Made by a program: the position numbers and the translations under genes
The notes under the pieces: generated by a model
What the model saw: only the letters and a program-made list of their open reading frames with translations
Database searches by the model: none
What the model was told of the DNA's origin: nothing
Origin: a virus
Virus record (IMG/VR): IMGVR_UViG_3300047321_000445
Span: 1-64,000 of that record
DNA length: 64,000 nucleotides
Strand: one strand, 5' to 3'
Shown: positions 1-9,510 of the stretch, in pieces
Numbering within the stretch: the first letter of the stretch is position 1
How the letters are laid out: every line of letters starts with the position of its first letter

Positions 1-11
1 GGTGTGGAGGG

Positions 12-45
12 GGGCTCGGTGCCGTTGTCCTCGGCACCGAGCCCC
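12..45. terminator. GC-rich hairpin downstream of the leftward operon
   Basis: gggctcggtgccg...cggcaccgagccc inverted repeat just past the stop of 68..514(-). Confidence 0.5.
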
Positions 46-67
46 TTCGTATGTGTCCGAGGGAATG

Positions 68-514
68 TCAAAGTAATGGGGCGGTCGAGACACCCGCCAA
101 CCGGTCACCCCCGGGGCGCCCGTGGCCGGGGCCGGCCTGACCGCTCGGGCCCGCCGTGGCGCGCCCCAAGTCAGCTACAGGAAGGCCTACAGGCTTTCCG
201 TCGTGTCCAGCTTCACGACGGCCAGGGCACGGCGCTACGCTGCCGCCCGTGACCCTGAAGCCGACGATGCGGCCCGGCCGGCCCCCGTGCGTGACGTCCA
301 GTTCGATCCGCAGGTCGAGGCCGTAGTAGTTCCTGATGTGCTCGCGGCTGCTTGCGATCCTGGCCCGGATGTTGGCGGCGTCCTCGCGCAGCTCCTCGAT
401 ACGGTCCTCGGCGCGCATGCGGTCCTCCCACGAGGCGTGCATGTACAGGTCGTTGGCCAGGGCGCGGGCCCGGCTCTCCATGGCTTCGGCCTCGGCGAGG
501 ATGGCGGCGCTCAC
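68..514 (-). CDS. hypothetical protein
   Basis: 148-aa ORF, overlaps stop of upstream gene by 4 bp (translational coupling). Confidence 0.7.
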   Translation of the reverse strand: MSAAILAEAEAMESRARALANDLYMHASWEDRMRAEDRIEELREDAANIRARIASSREHIRNYYGLDLRIELDVTHGGRPGRIVGFRVTGGSVAPCPGRREAGHDGKPVGLPVADLGRATAGPSGQAGPGHGRPGGDRLAGVSTAPLL

Positions 515-909
515 CGGGAGATCTCGTCGGCCAGGTCGGAGTGTCCGGCCGCCGTGGCGATGGCGCGCAGAACCGCCGTGGTGTTCGTTCGGTCGAGGCT
601 GCGCAGGACGTCGCCCAGGTTGACGCCGGCGCCGTAGACCTGAATGGACAGGGCGATGTTGAGGATCGTCGTCTGGGTGGTGGAGGCGTGCAGCTCGCCA
701 CGGCCGAAGGCCTTCGCGAGTTCGATCCAGTCGAGCTGATACGGGGCGCCGTCGACCATCACGAACTGCGGGTGGAGGTAGGCGATGCGGCGTAGCCAGT
801 AGTCGTGCTCGATGAGCAGGCCGAGGGCGGCCGTCTCGGTGCCTTCGCGGGCGTACTTCTTGAGGCTGGCGGTCAGTTCGTCCGGGGCGAAGGTGTTGGC
901 AGTGGTCAC
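511..909 (-). CDS. hypothetical protein
   Basis: 132-aa ORF with normal composition, coupled to the recombinase gene. Confidence 0.75.
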   Translation of the reverse strand: MTTANTFAPDELTASLKKYAREGTETAALGLLIEHDYWLRRIAYLHPQFVMVDGAPYQLDWIELAKAFGRGELHASTTQTTILNIALSIQVYGAGVNLGDVLRSLDRTNTTAVLRAIATAAGHSDLADEISR

Positions 910-1907
910 GAGAAGGCTCCAGCGAGCTTGTAGGCGGGGGACTTGTCGAGCTGTTCGCGGCCGAGGTCGTAGCGTTCCGTGGTGGTCGAGTGCGCGTGGC
1001 CCATGAAGATCTGCACGTCGCGCAGGGAGACCTTCATGTCGAGGAGCATGGTGGCGCAGGCGTGGCGCAGGGAGTGCGGGCTGATCTTCTTGGTGAGGCC
1101 GGCCGCGCGGGCGGCGGTCTCCACGATGTAGGCGACCTGGTGGCGGTCGATGCGTTCGCCCTCGTCGTCCAGGAACAGGGCGTTGGTCTGGTCGGTGCGG
1201 GTGGCGAGGTAGGCGTCGACCGCCGCGGCGGCGGGCGGGGCGAGCACCATGTCCTGCTCCTCGCCGCCCTTGCGGAGGACGGTGAGCACGCGGTGGCCGC
1301 GCTGGTGCGAGAGGTTGGCGACGTCGCGAGAGCAGACTTCGGAGACGCGCAGTCCGGCGTGGAGGAGGACGGACACCACGGCGCCGTCGAGCGGGGAGCG
1401 CAGGTGCGCGGCCGCCAGGAGCCGGGTGCCTTCGTCCCGGTCAGGGCCGAGGGTCTGTGACTTGCGGGAGACGGCGGGGAGGTTGAGCCGCTTGTGCCCG
1501 GGGACCGGGTTGCGGGTCAGCAGCTCCTCGTCCACGGCGTAGGTGTAGTAGCCGCGTACGGGAGAGATCTTGCGGGCGATGGTGGCCGGCCGGTGCGGGG
1601 CGTCCGGGTCGGGACGGTGGCGGCTGGCCGCAGGCGGGTTGTTGATCATCCACCGGACGTAGGCGTTCACGTGCAGGCGGCGGGCGGCGAGTGGCGGGGT
1701 GCCGTAGGAGTGGCAGAAGTCGAACCACTGGTTCAGGTCGCGCCGGTAGCCGTCGAGGGTGTTTGGGTTGTTGTAGCCGAGAAGGAACGCTTCGCGTGCT
1801 TGGTCGGATTGTCGGTCGAGCTTGGCGAGCTGCTGCCACTGGGCCGTGTCGTCGTCGTCCACGAGCTCGGCGTCGAGGACGGGAAGTTCGATGGGTGCAA
1901 GGGTCAT
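906..1907 (-). CDS. tyrosine recombinase (XerC/D-like resolvase/integrase)
   Basis: catalytic motifs HAGLRVSE, RKGG, SPHSLRH, MGHAHSTTTERY. Confidence 0.95.
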   Translation of the reverse strand: MTLAPIELPVLDAELVDDDDTAQWQQLAKLDRQSDQAREAFLLGYNNPNTLDGYRRDLNQWFDFCHSYGTPPLAARRLHVNAYVRWMINNPPAASRHRPDPDAPHRPATIARKISPVRGYYTYAVDEELLTRNPVPGHKRLNLPAVSRKSQTLGPDRDEGTRLLAAAHLRSPLDGAVVSVLLHAGLRVSEVCSRDVANLSHQRGHRVLTVLRKGGEEQDMVLAPPAAAAVDAYLATRTDQTNALFLDDEGERIDRHQVAYIVETAARAAGLTKKISPHSLRHACATMLLDMKVSLRDVQIFMGHAHSTTTERYDLGREQLDKSPAYKLAGAFS

Positions 1908-1969
1908 GATCGGGTCCGTCCAGTGAGGGGGCTGGGAACGGGTGTGCGGGGCAAGACTCCCACGTCAGC

Positions 1970-1995
1970 GTCCGCATAACTTGCATTATGCGGAC
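1970..1995. other. dif/res-like recombination site (10-bp arms, 6-bp asymmetric spacer)
   Basis: GTCCGCATAA-cttgca-TTATGCGGAC, 63 bp upstream of the recombinase start. Confidence 0.7.
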
Positions 1996-2073
1996 ACTGA
2001 CTTGGGCGTTCAGACGTTCGATTCTTCGTCAGGAAGCGTTCTAAGCGCGGCCGCTTCCTGACGCTCGGGACGG

Positions 2074-2520
2074 TCAGGGGTACCAGTGGCCCGCGTCGTT
2101 GCGGCGCCGGACGTACATCTCGGCGTACGGCTTGTCGCCGCCCGGAGGCAGCGGGCAGCGGACCACGGCTCCGCACCGGTAGGTCTCGACGACCTCGCCT
2201 TCACCGACGGAGACCTCCTGAATGGTGATCCGGTCGCCGACGCGCAAGCCGAGGAAGTCGGGCGCGTCGACCCGGGCCACGTTGTGCCACCACCAGGCCC
2301 AATCCTTGGGGTTGCCGCGCGGCGCCTGCGGCATCGGCTCGAACAGATCACCGGGCCGGTAGTCGTAGACGTACCGCTCGTCCAGAGCGAGCCGCGTGAG
2401 GTCCCGGGTGGGGCTGTAGAGGTGGCCCCGGTCGAAGGCGGCCGGCACGGACGACTGAGGCAGCACGGTCAGGTCCACGACGGGCGAGAGGTCGGCAAGG
2501 GCGAACAGCGTGTCAGGCAT
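2074..2520 (-). CDS. hypothetical protein
   Basis: 148-aa ORF with GAAGGA RBS. Confidence 0.7.
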   Translation of the reverse strand: MPDTLFALADLSPVVDLTVLPQSSVPAAFDRGHLYSPTRDLTRLALDERYVYDYRPGDLFEPMPQAPRGNPKDWAWWWHNVARVDAPDFLGLRVGDRITIQEVSVGEGEVVETYRCGAVVRCPLPPGGDKPYAEMYVRRRNDAGHWYP

Positions 2521-2791
2521 CGGAATCCTTCTTGGTGTCGGCCGGGGTGGTGCCGTAGATGGCCTTGTGGCATCCCCGGCAGGGGGTGATGGCGCCGAGC
2601 GGGAAGCCGCGTTCGAGGTGTCCGGTCTTGCCGCAGGCCGCGTACAGCAGCGTCCACCACTCCTCGTTCGGGGGCCGCTTGGTGCGGTGGTAGGTGCGGC
2701 CGCGGATGAAGCGGACGCTGTGGATCGGGTACTCCTCGTCCATCGTTGGCGTCGTCTCGGCGGGCGCCGGGGTGGTGTCGGCGGTGGGCAT
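2513..2791 (-). CDS. hypothetical protein (small, Cys-containing)
   Basis: ATG at 2791 after GGAG RBS; ACG...CRGC. Confidence 0.65.
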   Translation of the reverse strand: MPTADTTPAPAETTPTMDEEYPIHSVRFIRGRTYHRTKRPPNEEWWTLLYAACGKTGHLERGFPLGAITPCRGCHKAIYGTTPADTKKDSDA

Positions 2792-2825
2792 CGTGTGCTC
2801 CGTGGGGTGTGCGGGCGGGCGGAAA

Positions 2826-2840
2826 TGTCTCGCGCGAGAC
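2826..2840. repeat. parS-like palindrome copy
   Basis: tgtctcgcgcgagac, same core as the three copies at 12.7-12.8 kb. Confidence 0.6.
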
Positions 2841-2873
2841 GTTTCCGCCGTGGCGCGTGGGCTGGCTGTGGGA

Positions 2874-3077
2874 CTACGCGGTGATGCTGATGTCGGTGAG
2901 CGGCACGCCGCGTTCAAGCTGTGCGTGCAGCTCGCGGAGACGTGCGTAAGCGCGGGCGTCGCGCTTGTTGAGGGCGCGCCGTGCGGCGCCCGGCAGGCTC
3001 TTCCAGCAGATGAGGCAGAGGTATTTGCTGGACTCCCTGGTGCGTCCGCAGGACGTCGGGCAGCGGGGGCCCGTCAT
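2874..3077 (-). CDS. small Zn-finger-like hypothetical protein
   Basis: CPTSC...CLIC; coupled to LuxR gene. Confidence 0.65.
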   Translation of the reverse strand: MTGPRCPTSCGRTRESSKYLCLICWKSLPGAARRALNKRDARAYARLRELHAQLERGVPLTDISITA

Positions 3078-3511
3078 GCTGCGACCTCCCAGTCGCGTCG
3101 GAGGAGGCCGCGCTGCCAGCCGATCGCGACCGCGTGCGCCCGGTCCCTGGCGTCCAGGTCGCGCAGGATCCGCTTGACGCGGGACTTCACGGCGTCGAGG
3201 GACAGCCAGAGTTCGGCGGCAATCTCGGCGTTCGAGTATCCGTCCGCGATCAGCTTCAGCGTGTCGACCAGGTGGTCCTCCAGCTCGCCGGGCAAGCCGG
3301 GGGCCAGGGTGATCACGCCCCTGCGGATCGCGGCGCCAACGAGCGCGGAGTGCCTCCGGTGGGGGATCTGAAGCCTGCGGCACGCCAACGCGATGTCGCT
3401 GATCACCGTGGTCTCGTGGACGCCGAGGCGGTCGGCGGTGTCCAGCCTGCTGACGCCAAGGGCGATGAGTTCGATGACGCGCACCGTGCGCGGGGTCAGG
3501 TCGGCGGTCAT
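3074..3511 (-). CDS. LuxR-family HTH regulator (two HTH repeats)
   Basis: LIADGYSNAEIAAELWLSLDAVKSRVKRILRDLDARDRAHAVA, plus a degenerate N-terminal copy. Confidence 0.85.
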   Translation of the reverse strand: MTADLTPRTVRVIELIALGVSRLDTADRLGVHETTVISDIALACRRLQIPHRRHSALVGAAIRRGVITLAPGLPGELEDHLVDTLKLIADGYSNAEIAAELWLSLDAVKSRVKRILRDLDARDRAHAVAIGWQRGLLRRDWEVAA

Positions 3512-3870
3512 CGGCGGGTGGTCCTTTCCTTGCGGCGGGTGGTCTCCGGGACGCGGGCGTGGCAGCGCATGCAGCGGGTACCGCTCAGGTGGCGGACGGG
3601 CGTGTGCCGGCCGTCCTCGTCGACCGGACAGCGCCGGGTGACGCGCAGGACATCCAGCGCCTCCCGAGCCGGGACGATGAGCGTGCAGTTGTGGGTCATG
3701 CCGTCGCCGGACAGGCGGCAGATGCGGCGGGCGAACTCTGCGAGGGTGTCGCGCTCGTTGCGGACGGTGGCCAGTTCGCGGGCCATCGCGCGTATGAGGA
3801 GCGCGGCCGTGGTCTCGCCGAGGTCGTCGAGGTGCTCGGCGACCTGCTGCGGGTCGAGGGGGGCGGTCAT
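3508..3870 (-). CDS. hypothetical protein
   Basis: ATG with GAGG RBS, coupled. Confidence 0.65.
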   Translation of the reverse strand: MTAPLDPQQVAEHLDDLGETTAALLIRAMARELATVRNERDTLAEFARRICRLSGDGMTHNCTLIVPAREALDVLRVTRRCPVDEDGRHTPVRHLSGTRCMRCHARVPETTRRKERTTRR

Positions 3871-4364
3871 CCGGTCCACCTCTGGCCGTTGCGGACGAGG
3901 AGGGTGAGCGGGCGTACGGGCGCGTCCTCGGACCGTCCGCCTTCGGCGGCGTAGGGCATGCCGTGGGCGAAGGTGGTGTCCGCGCCGGATGCCCACGGCC
4001 AGCCCTGCGCCACGTCGTGGGGACGCGCGCGGGTGAAGATCTGCCCCCGGGCGTCGAGGACGACGTCCCCGTGCTGCCACTCCCCGGCAGGCTCCTCGGC
4101 GGTGGGGAGTTCGACGCGGGCCGTGACCGTGAGGCGGGTGCCGGGCGGGAAGTCCTTGGCGTCGGCGACGAAGCCGGGTCCGGACACCTGCCCGTCGCTG
4201 CCGGTGCGCCCGTTCGCCGGGCCCCAGTAGAGGCCGAGCAGCTTGCGGCCGTCCGGGTTGTCGCTGCTCTTGTACATCCAGGACCGGACGTACTGCGGGT
4301 GCAGAGTCAGGGCCATGGTGGTGGTCTCGGGGTGGTCGGCCGAGAGCCGACGTCGGGGGATCAT
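3867..4364 (-). CDS. hypothetical protein
   Basis: coupled ORF in leftward operon. Confidence 0.65.
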   Translation of the reverse strand: MIPRRRLSADHPETTTMALTLHPQYVRSWMYKSSDNPDGRKLLGLYWGPANGRTGSDGQVSGPGFVADAKDFPPGTRLTVTARVELPTAEEPAGEWQHGDVVLDARGQIFTRARPHDVAQGWPWASGADTTFAHGMPYAAEGGRSEDAPVRPLTLLVRNGQRWTG

Positions 4365-4744
4365 CGGGCAGCCGTCCTCTCGATCGGCGGTGCGGTGGCG
4401 AGGGAGAAGGCCGGGGCGGTGCGCCCGTTCGGCATGACGATCTGCCACGGGCCGCTGAACAGGCCGAAGGAGACCCAGTTGCAGCCGCGCCCGGTGTACT
4501 TCCCCTTCTTCAGGGCGCCGAGGGTGCGGCCGATGCACTCCTGGCCCACCAGGTCGGAGGCGATGACGGCCTCGCCGTCCTTGCGCTCTCGGGGGTGTTC
4601 GGCGAGGGCCTGGCGGAAGTCGTTGCCGTCGGCGACGTCGCCGCAGGACGGGCAGACGAAAGCCCAGTTGAGGGGGTCGTCGCCGAACCGGGCGGACGCC
4701 TCGGCGACGAGTTCAGCCTGTGTGATCTTGCGGTAATCAGTCAC
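4361..4744 (-). CDS. VVA0879-like phage protein
   Basis: RFGDDPLNWAFVCPSCG...QECIGR...GCNW.S.GL pattern. Confidence 0.65.
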   Translation of the reverse strand: MTDYRKITQAELVAEASARFGDDPLNWAFVCPSCGDVADGNDFRQALAEHPRERKDGEAVIASDLVGQECIGRTLGALKKGKYTGRGCNWVSFGLFSGPWQIVMPNGRTAPAFSLATAPPIERTAAR

Positions 4745-5454
4745 GGGGTGTTCTCCGGAAGGGGCTTCAGCGTGGTGGGCGCGGCGAGCAGCCACGGGCG
4801 CTGGTCGTGCGGGCCTCGGCGCTCGACGGTCCAGCCGGCCGCGGTGAGGGTGGCCGCGTAGGCGTCGACCTGCCGGTGCCGTTCGGCCGCCAGCTCGTCG
4901 CGGCTGGGCCGGTTGGGGTCCGACAGGTCGGGCTCGGGCATGCGGTGGTCGATGCGCGCTTTACCGTCGGGGCCTTCGTCGACCCGGTAGCCGGGGGCCG
5001 ACACCGAGCCGTAGCGGTTGTAGTAGGCCGGGGTGTGCTTGGGAAACAGGACGTGCCCGGCTGCGGCAACATTCGCGGTGGCCCGGACGGTGGCGCGGCC
5101 GTGCTGGCGGGACAGCTCCAGGGCGGCGGCGCGTACGTCCTCGGGGACGCTGGTGGCGGTGACCTGCACGATGGCCCCGCAGTCGCAGGGGGTCATGCCG
5201 TGCCACGCGGAGCCGTCACACTCGGGCTGCCACTCGACGGTGACCGGGATCGGGGCCATGACCGTGGCCTCGTTCCAGTCCCCCCAGTTGCTGGGCGGCT
5301 GCTTGCCGCAGGCGGCGTGCACGATGTGGGCCTGGCCCTCTTCGATGGTCAGGAGGTACTGGGTGTCGGCGGGCTGGCAGCCGCATTCGTCGGCGGCGAG
5401 GTCGGGTTCCTGGTCGTCGGGTTCGGCGTCGAACAGGTCGATACTCGGGGGCAT
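4741..5454 (-). CDS. hypothetical protein
   Basis: ATG at 5454 with GAGAGG RBS. Confidence 0.7.
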   Translation of the reverse strand: MPPSIDLFDAEPDDQEPDLAADECGCQPADTQYLLTIEEGQAHIVHAACGKQPPSNWGDWNEATVMAPIPVTVEWQPECDGSAWHGMTPCDCGAIVQVTATSVPEDVRAAALELSRQHGRATVRATANVAAAGHVLFPKHTPAYYNRYGSVSAPGYRVDEGPDGKARIDHRMPEPDLSDPNRPSRDELAAERHRQVDAYAATLTAAGWTVERRGPHDQRPWLLAAPTTLKPLPENTP

Positions 5455-5576
5455 GTGGGCCTCTCGTGGTGTCTGTGTTGACGTTGTGCCGAAAGGTCGT
5501 TCTAATATGGCCTCGTACGGAGCGCGTCCCACGGTCGGGATGGCGCTCCTTTTTTGTGTTCGCAGCACAACGTATC

Positions 5577-5608
5577 TCATTGCGGCCGCATTGAAAACCG
5601 GTTAGGGT
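5577..5608 (+). promoter_or_regulatory. class-A promoter/operator, copy 1
   Basis: TCATTGCGGCCGCATTGA overlapping TTGCGG-N17-TAGGGT; a partial second operator at 5648-5661. Confidence 0.65.
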
Positions 5609-5679
5609 TGCCCGTGTCAGATCAACGACGCACCCGGCCTTCTGGGTTGCGCCCGCATTGAGAAGGAGGAGACCCTGAC

Positions 5680-6192
5680 GTGGACACGAACCGCTCGCGT
5701 CCGCCCTCGGCGCGTCCTCGGGTCGGACGCCCGCCGAACCGGAGACCCACGTTGGCCCGTCCACGTACGTCCCACCTGCCCGACCTGCTCGCCAAGGCCG
5801 CCGACCGGCTGACTGACTTCGGTGAGACCGAGTTGGCCGCGGCCGTACGTGAGGCCCTGGCCAAGCTCACTGCCAGCAAGGCGAGCCCGGACAACCCCAC
5901 GCTCCCGCTGTACGTGCGCAAGGAGACGTGGGAGCGGGCGCAGGCCGCGGGCTCCACCATCGACGCTGTGGAAGCCGGCTTCGCCGCCCTGCTCTCGGGC
6001 AAGTTCACGCCCCAGCGGCTCCCGCGCGGCGGCGACAAGGGCAAGTACAGCTCTCGGTGCTCCGCCCAACGGCAAGCCCAAGTCGAGGCGCACGTCGAGG
6101 CGCACGCCGACGAGCTCGGCTGGGCGCCATCTGCGTCGCAGGTGGCCGCCGCGTGGCTGGAACACAAGTACGGCAAGCCTGCTCGTAAGTAG
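5680..6192 (+). CDS. hypothetical DNA-binding protein (candidate regulator)
   Basis: GTG after GAAGGAGGAG RBS; preceded by two operator copies. Confidence 0.7.
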   Translation: MDTNRSRPPSARPRVGRPPNRRPTLARPRTSHLPDLLAKAADRLTDFGETELAAAVREALAKLTASKASPDNPTLPLYVRKETWERAQAAGSTIDAVEAGFAALLSGKFTPQRLPRGGDKGKYSSRCSAQRQAQVEAHVEAHADELGWAPSASQVAAAWLEHKYGKPARK

Positions 6193-6274
6193 GCGCACCC
6201 TGCCGGGGGTGTAGCGCTGGAGCCGACACCAGCCGCGCCCTCGGTCTCAACGTCACAAGGAGAACAAGGTCCCC

Positions 6275-7285
6275 ATGGCAGCCCCCCAGGCGGCCGGCGT
6301 TCAGGCCGGTAGCCAGACTCAGCACACCCAGAATCAGCCCTCCAACCCCTTCCGTCCCGCGACGAAGCAGAAGGCCAAGGCCCGTATCGCCCTCGGCGGC
6401 ATCGGCGGCTCAGGCAAGACGATGACCATGCTGAAGATCGCCTCGGCGCTGGTTCAGCCCGGCGAGCGGATCGCCGTGGTGGACACCGAGTACGGCTCGG
6501 CGTCCAAGTACGCGAAGGACTTCGAGTTCGATTCCCTGGAGAAGCGCAGCTTCGACCCGAGGGACCTGATCAAGACGGTCGCGGACGCCACCCGCTACGG
6601 GTACGGAGCGCTCTGCGTGGACACCTGGTCGCGGTACTGGTCCGGCAAGGGCGGCATGCTCGCCCTGGTCGACCAGCTCAGCAAGGGCCAGTTCAGCGGC
6701 TGGAAGGAAGTCCGCCCGATCGAGGAGGACATGATGGACGCCCTCCTGTCCTTCCCCGGGCATCTCCTCGTCACCGTCCGCTCGAAGACCGAGTACGTGG
6801 TCGAGCGCAACTCCGAGGGCAAGCAGTCCCCGAAGAAGATCGGCATGAAGTACGACCAGCGCGAAAACCTGGAGTACGAGTTCGACGTCGTCGGCGACAT
6901 GCAGGACGCCACGCTGACGGTGACGAAGACCCGTTGCCCCGACCTGCACGAGCTGGTCGTGCACAAGCCGGACCTGGAGTTCGGTTACACGATCCGTCAG
7001 TGGCTGGAGGACGGCGTCGATCCCGTCGCCACCGGGGCGTTCCGGGAACGGGCGCTCGCCGAGGGCGTCACGTTCGAGGAGTTGGGCGCCCTCATGCAGG
7101 AGGTCCGGGAGATGGGCATCCAGCACCGGCCTTCCAGCGATGCCAACTTCAGGCCGATGAGCCTGGAAATGGTCATTCAGAACCGTGGCCGCGAGGTCCG
7201 TGCCCAGATGCAGCAGTCCGGGACCGGGCGCGCCGCGTACGCGGCCGGCGTCGGCCAGCAGCAGGAGGAGGGCGCGGCAGCATGA
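6275..7285 (+). CDS. AAA_24/Sak4-like phage ATPase
   Basis: Walker A GIGGSGKT, VVDTEYGS, CVDTWS, EYEFDV. Confidence 0.85.
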   Translation: MAAPQAAGVQAGSQTQHTQNQPSNPFRPATKQKAKARIALGGIGGSGKTMTMLKIASALVQPGERIAVVDTEYGSASKYAKDFEFDSLEKRSFDPRDLIKTVADATRYGYGALCVDTWSRYWSGKGGMLALVDQLSKGQFSGWKEVRPIEEDMMDALLSFPGHLLVTVRSKTEYVVERNSEGKQSPKKIGMKYDQRENLEYEFDVVGDMQDATLTVTKTRCPDLHELVVHKPDLEFGYTIRQWLEDGVDPVATGAFRERALAEGVTFEELGALMQEVREMGIQHRPSSDANFRPMSLEMVIQNRGREVRAQMQQSGTGRAAYAAGVGQQQEEGAAA

Positions 7286-7542
7286 TCGGGATCACGTGGC
7301 TCGATGTGCTCTGCGCCTGCGTGGTCGGCGTCGCCTTGAGTGTGCGCGGCTCGCTGCACCGTCGAGAGCGGGCCCGCGAGGTGGAGGCCGAGCGGCGTGA
7401 GGCGTACTGGCGCGAGGTGGAGCGGCAGGCCGCCGAGTTCGCCGCCGAGACCCTCGCCCACGACGAGGCCGAGATGGCCCGCCTGGTCGAGTGGCACCGG
7501 AAGACCTCGGGGACGGGTGACGCCCGTCCCGAGGGTTCGTGA
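7282..7542 (+). CDS. small membrane protein
   Basis: N-terminal hydrophobic stretch, coupled start. Confidence 0.6.
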   Translation: MIGITWLDVLCACVVGVALSVRGSLHRRERAREVEAERREAYWREVERQAAEFAAETLAHDEAEMARLVEWHRKTSGTGDARPEGS

Positions 7543-7940
7543 GCCGTAGAGGCCAGCCGCCGAAGATCCAGCCAGGCCAGTACCCGCAGCTGCTCACGCT
7601 GCTGCGGGCTGGCCTGCGCATGGCCGAGGTGGCGGCCGAGATGGGCGTGACCCGCCAGACCTTGCACAACCTGATCAACCGGGACGAGCAAGTCCGTGAG
7701 GCACGCGACGAGGGCCGACGACGGCGCCACCAGCAGGAGCACGGCCACGAGTCGTGCTACGTGGAGCGCAAGTGTCGTCGGCCCGAGTGCGTCCAGGCCG
7801 CCACCGTCGCCCGTGCTGAGCGTCGCAGCCGCGCCGCCGAGGCAGCCGCGGCCGCCCGTCCCTCCGTGTACGAGCTGGCCGACACGGCAGGTCCCTTCCC
7901 CGAGCGTCCGGCAGAGCCGGGGCTTGCCGACACCGCCTGA
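7539..7940 (+). CDS. HTH protein with HG..Y...C...C motif
   Basis: MAEVAAEMGVTRQTL; HGHESCYVERKCRRPEC. Confidence 0.75.
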   Translation: MSRRGQPPKIQPGQYPQLLTLLRAGLRMAEVAAEMGVTRQTLHNLINRDEQVREARDEGRRRRHQQEHGHESCYVERKCRRPECVQAATVARAERRSRAAEAAAAARPSVYELADTAGPFPERPAEPGLADTA

Positions 7941-7982
7941 CCACAACGATCCCCCCACCCATCCATCCCGCTGGAGGCGGCT

Positions 7983-8681
7983 GTGGACCCTCACGACGTG
8001 CCAGCCGGGCGGGTGTGCCTGTGCTGCACGCGCGCCCTGTACGACGACCTCGGCCGGCTCGTGTGTGACCGCTGCGAGCGGGACATCGCCGACGGCCTGA
8101 CCGAAGTGGCCCGCCTGTGGAGACAGTTGCCCGGCAAGTTGGAGAAGTCCACGGGCGGGGCGGCCGACGAGCCCCGAGTGCACACCTCGAAGATCGACGC
8201 GCCCCTGCCCGGCAACGCGGAGGCTTTGGACCTGGTCGCCGGGGGTGTCGTCGGCGCGCTGATCATCCACGAGGATGCGTGGCGGCGTGAGATGCGGCGC
8301 CTGTATCCGCGGCTGCCGCTCACCCCGTTCCGTGGCAACCAGACCCAGACCCTCGTCGGGGTGCTCGCCTTCCTGCGCGAGCGGCTGCGGTGGGCCTGCT
8401 ACTCGTACGACGGGATCGAGGACCTGAAGGCGGACCTGGACCACCTGGTCGGGCGGATGCAGGCGGTCGTCACCGGGGAGCGACCGAAGCGACCCAAGGT
8501 TCTGCCCGTGCCGTGCCCGCTGAGGCCCAGGGGCGGCCGTGTATGCGGCGGGGAGCTCGCGTTCGACCCCGTCACCAAGCTCATCACCTGCCGTACGTGC
8601 CGTGGCGACATCGGTTACGAGCACTGGGCCGACATCGGCCTGGCCGTCGGCCTCATCGCCATGGATCCCCCGGCCGCCTGA
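7983..8681 (+). CDS. phage hypothetical Zn-ribbon protein
   Basis: CxxC pairs at both ends; GGAGG RBS. Confidence 0.75.
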   Translation: MDPHDVPAGRVCLCCTRALYDDLGRLVCDRCERDIADGLTEVARLWRQLPGKLEKSTGGAADEPRVHTSKIDAPLPGNAEALDLVAGGVVGALIIHEDAWRREMRRLYPRLPLTPFRGNQTQTLVGVLAFLRERLRWACYSYDGIEDLKADLDHLVGRMQAVVTGERPKRPKVLPVPCPLRPRGGRVCGGELAFDPVTKLITCRTCRGDIGYEHWADIGLAVGLIAMDPPAA

Positions 8682-8719
8682 GAACCCCTCCGCTCCACCC
8701 CACTGGAAAGGAACTGCAC

Positions 8720-9277
8720 GTGATACGGAACGAGCCCAGACCGGGCGACATCCTGCTGACCACCATCGACAACCCGGTCGGCACGATGATCGCCGTCGGC
8801 GAGTGGGCGAACGGCAACGGCTTCGGCGTCTACCAGCACGCCGCGATCGTCCTCAACGCCTATCGGACGCTCGACGGTTGGGCGGGCACGGTGCTGGAAG
8901 CCCAGCCGGGCGGCGCCCGCCGTACGCCCCTGCAGACGTACCACGGCCGGCGCACGGTGTACGTGTCGCCGGTCGGGCTGAGCGACGCGCAGCGCTGGGA
9001 CATCACCCAGGAGGCTCGCCTGTACGAGGGGACCCCGTACAGCTTCCTGGACTACGGGGCGATCGCTGCGCACCGCCTGCACGTGCCGCTGCCGCGCCTG
9101 CGCGACTACATCGCCGACTCCGGTCACCTGATCTGCTCCCAGCTCTGCGACCGGGTGTACCGGGACGCCGGGATCCAGCTGTTCCGGGACGGGCGTTGGG
9201 ACGGCTACGTGACTCCGATGGATCTGTGGGACCTGCTGCGGCAGCCGGCCGACAACGTGCTCACGCTCGCGGCGTGA
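8720..9277 (+). CDS. permuted papain-like NlpC/P60 (YiiX-like) protein
   Basis: PGDILL, HAAIV, GTPYSF, ICSQLCDRVYRDAG (His before Cys). Confidence 0.75.
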   Translation: MIRNEPRPGDILLTTIDNPVGTMIAVGEWANGNGFGVYQHAAIVLNAYRTLDGWAGTVLEAQPGGARRTPLQTYHGRRTVYVSPVGLSDAQRWDITQEARLYEGTPYSFLDYGAIAAHRLHVPLPRLRDYIADSGHLICSQLCDRVYRDAGIQLFRDGRWDGYVTPMDLWDLLRQPADNVLTLAA

Positions 9278-9294
9278 GGGAAGAGGAGCGAACA

Positions 9295-9510
9295 GTGAAC
9301 GCCGAACTCATGGACGTGGAAGCCGTGGAGGCTGCGCCGTACGACGGGGCACCGCGGAGCGCGTACGAGGCCGCCGACCTGCTGCTGCACGAGGGGCACC
9401 ATGTGCACTTCGTGGCCGAGGGAGAGTCCATCTGCTACAGCTGGCACTGTCCTCCCGGCCTGCACGTGTCGGGCCGTCCGGCTGCTGCGGATCGTCCGCC
9501 CTCCTACTGA
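9295..9510 (+). CDS. hypothetical protein
   Basis: GTG after GAGGAG RBS. Confidence 0.55.
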   Translation: MNAELMDVEAVEAAPYDGAPRSAYEAADLLLHEGHHVHFVAEGESICYSWHCPPGLHVSGRPAAADRPPSY

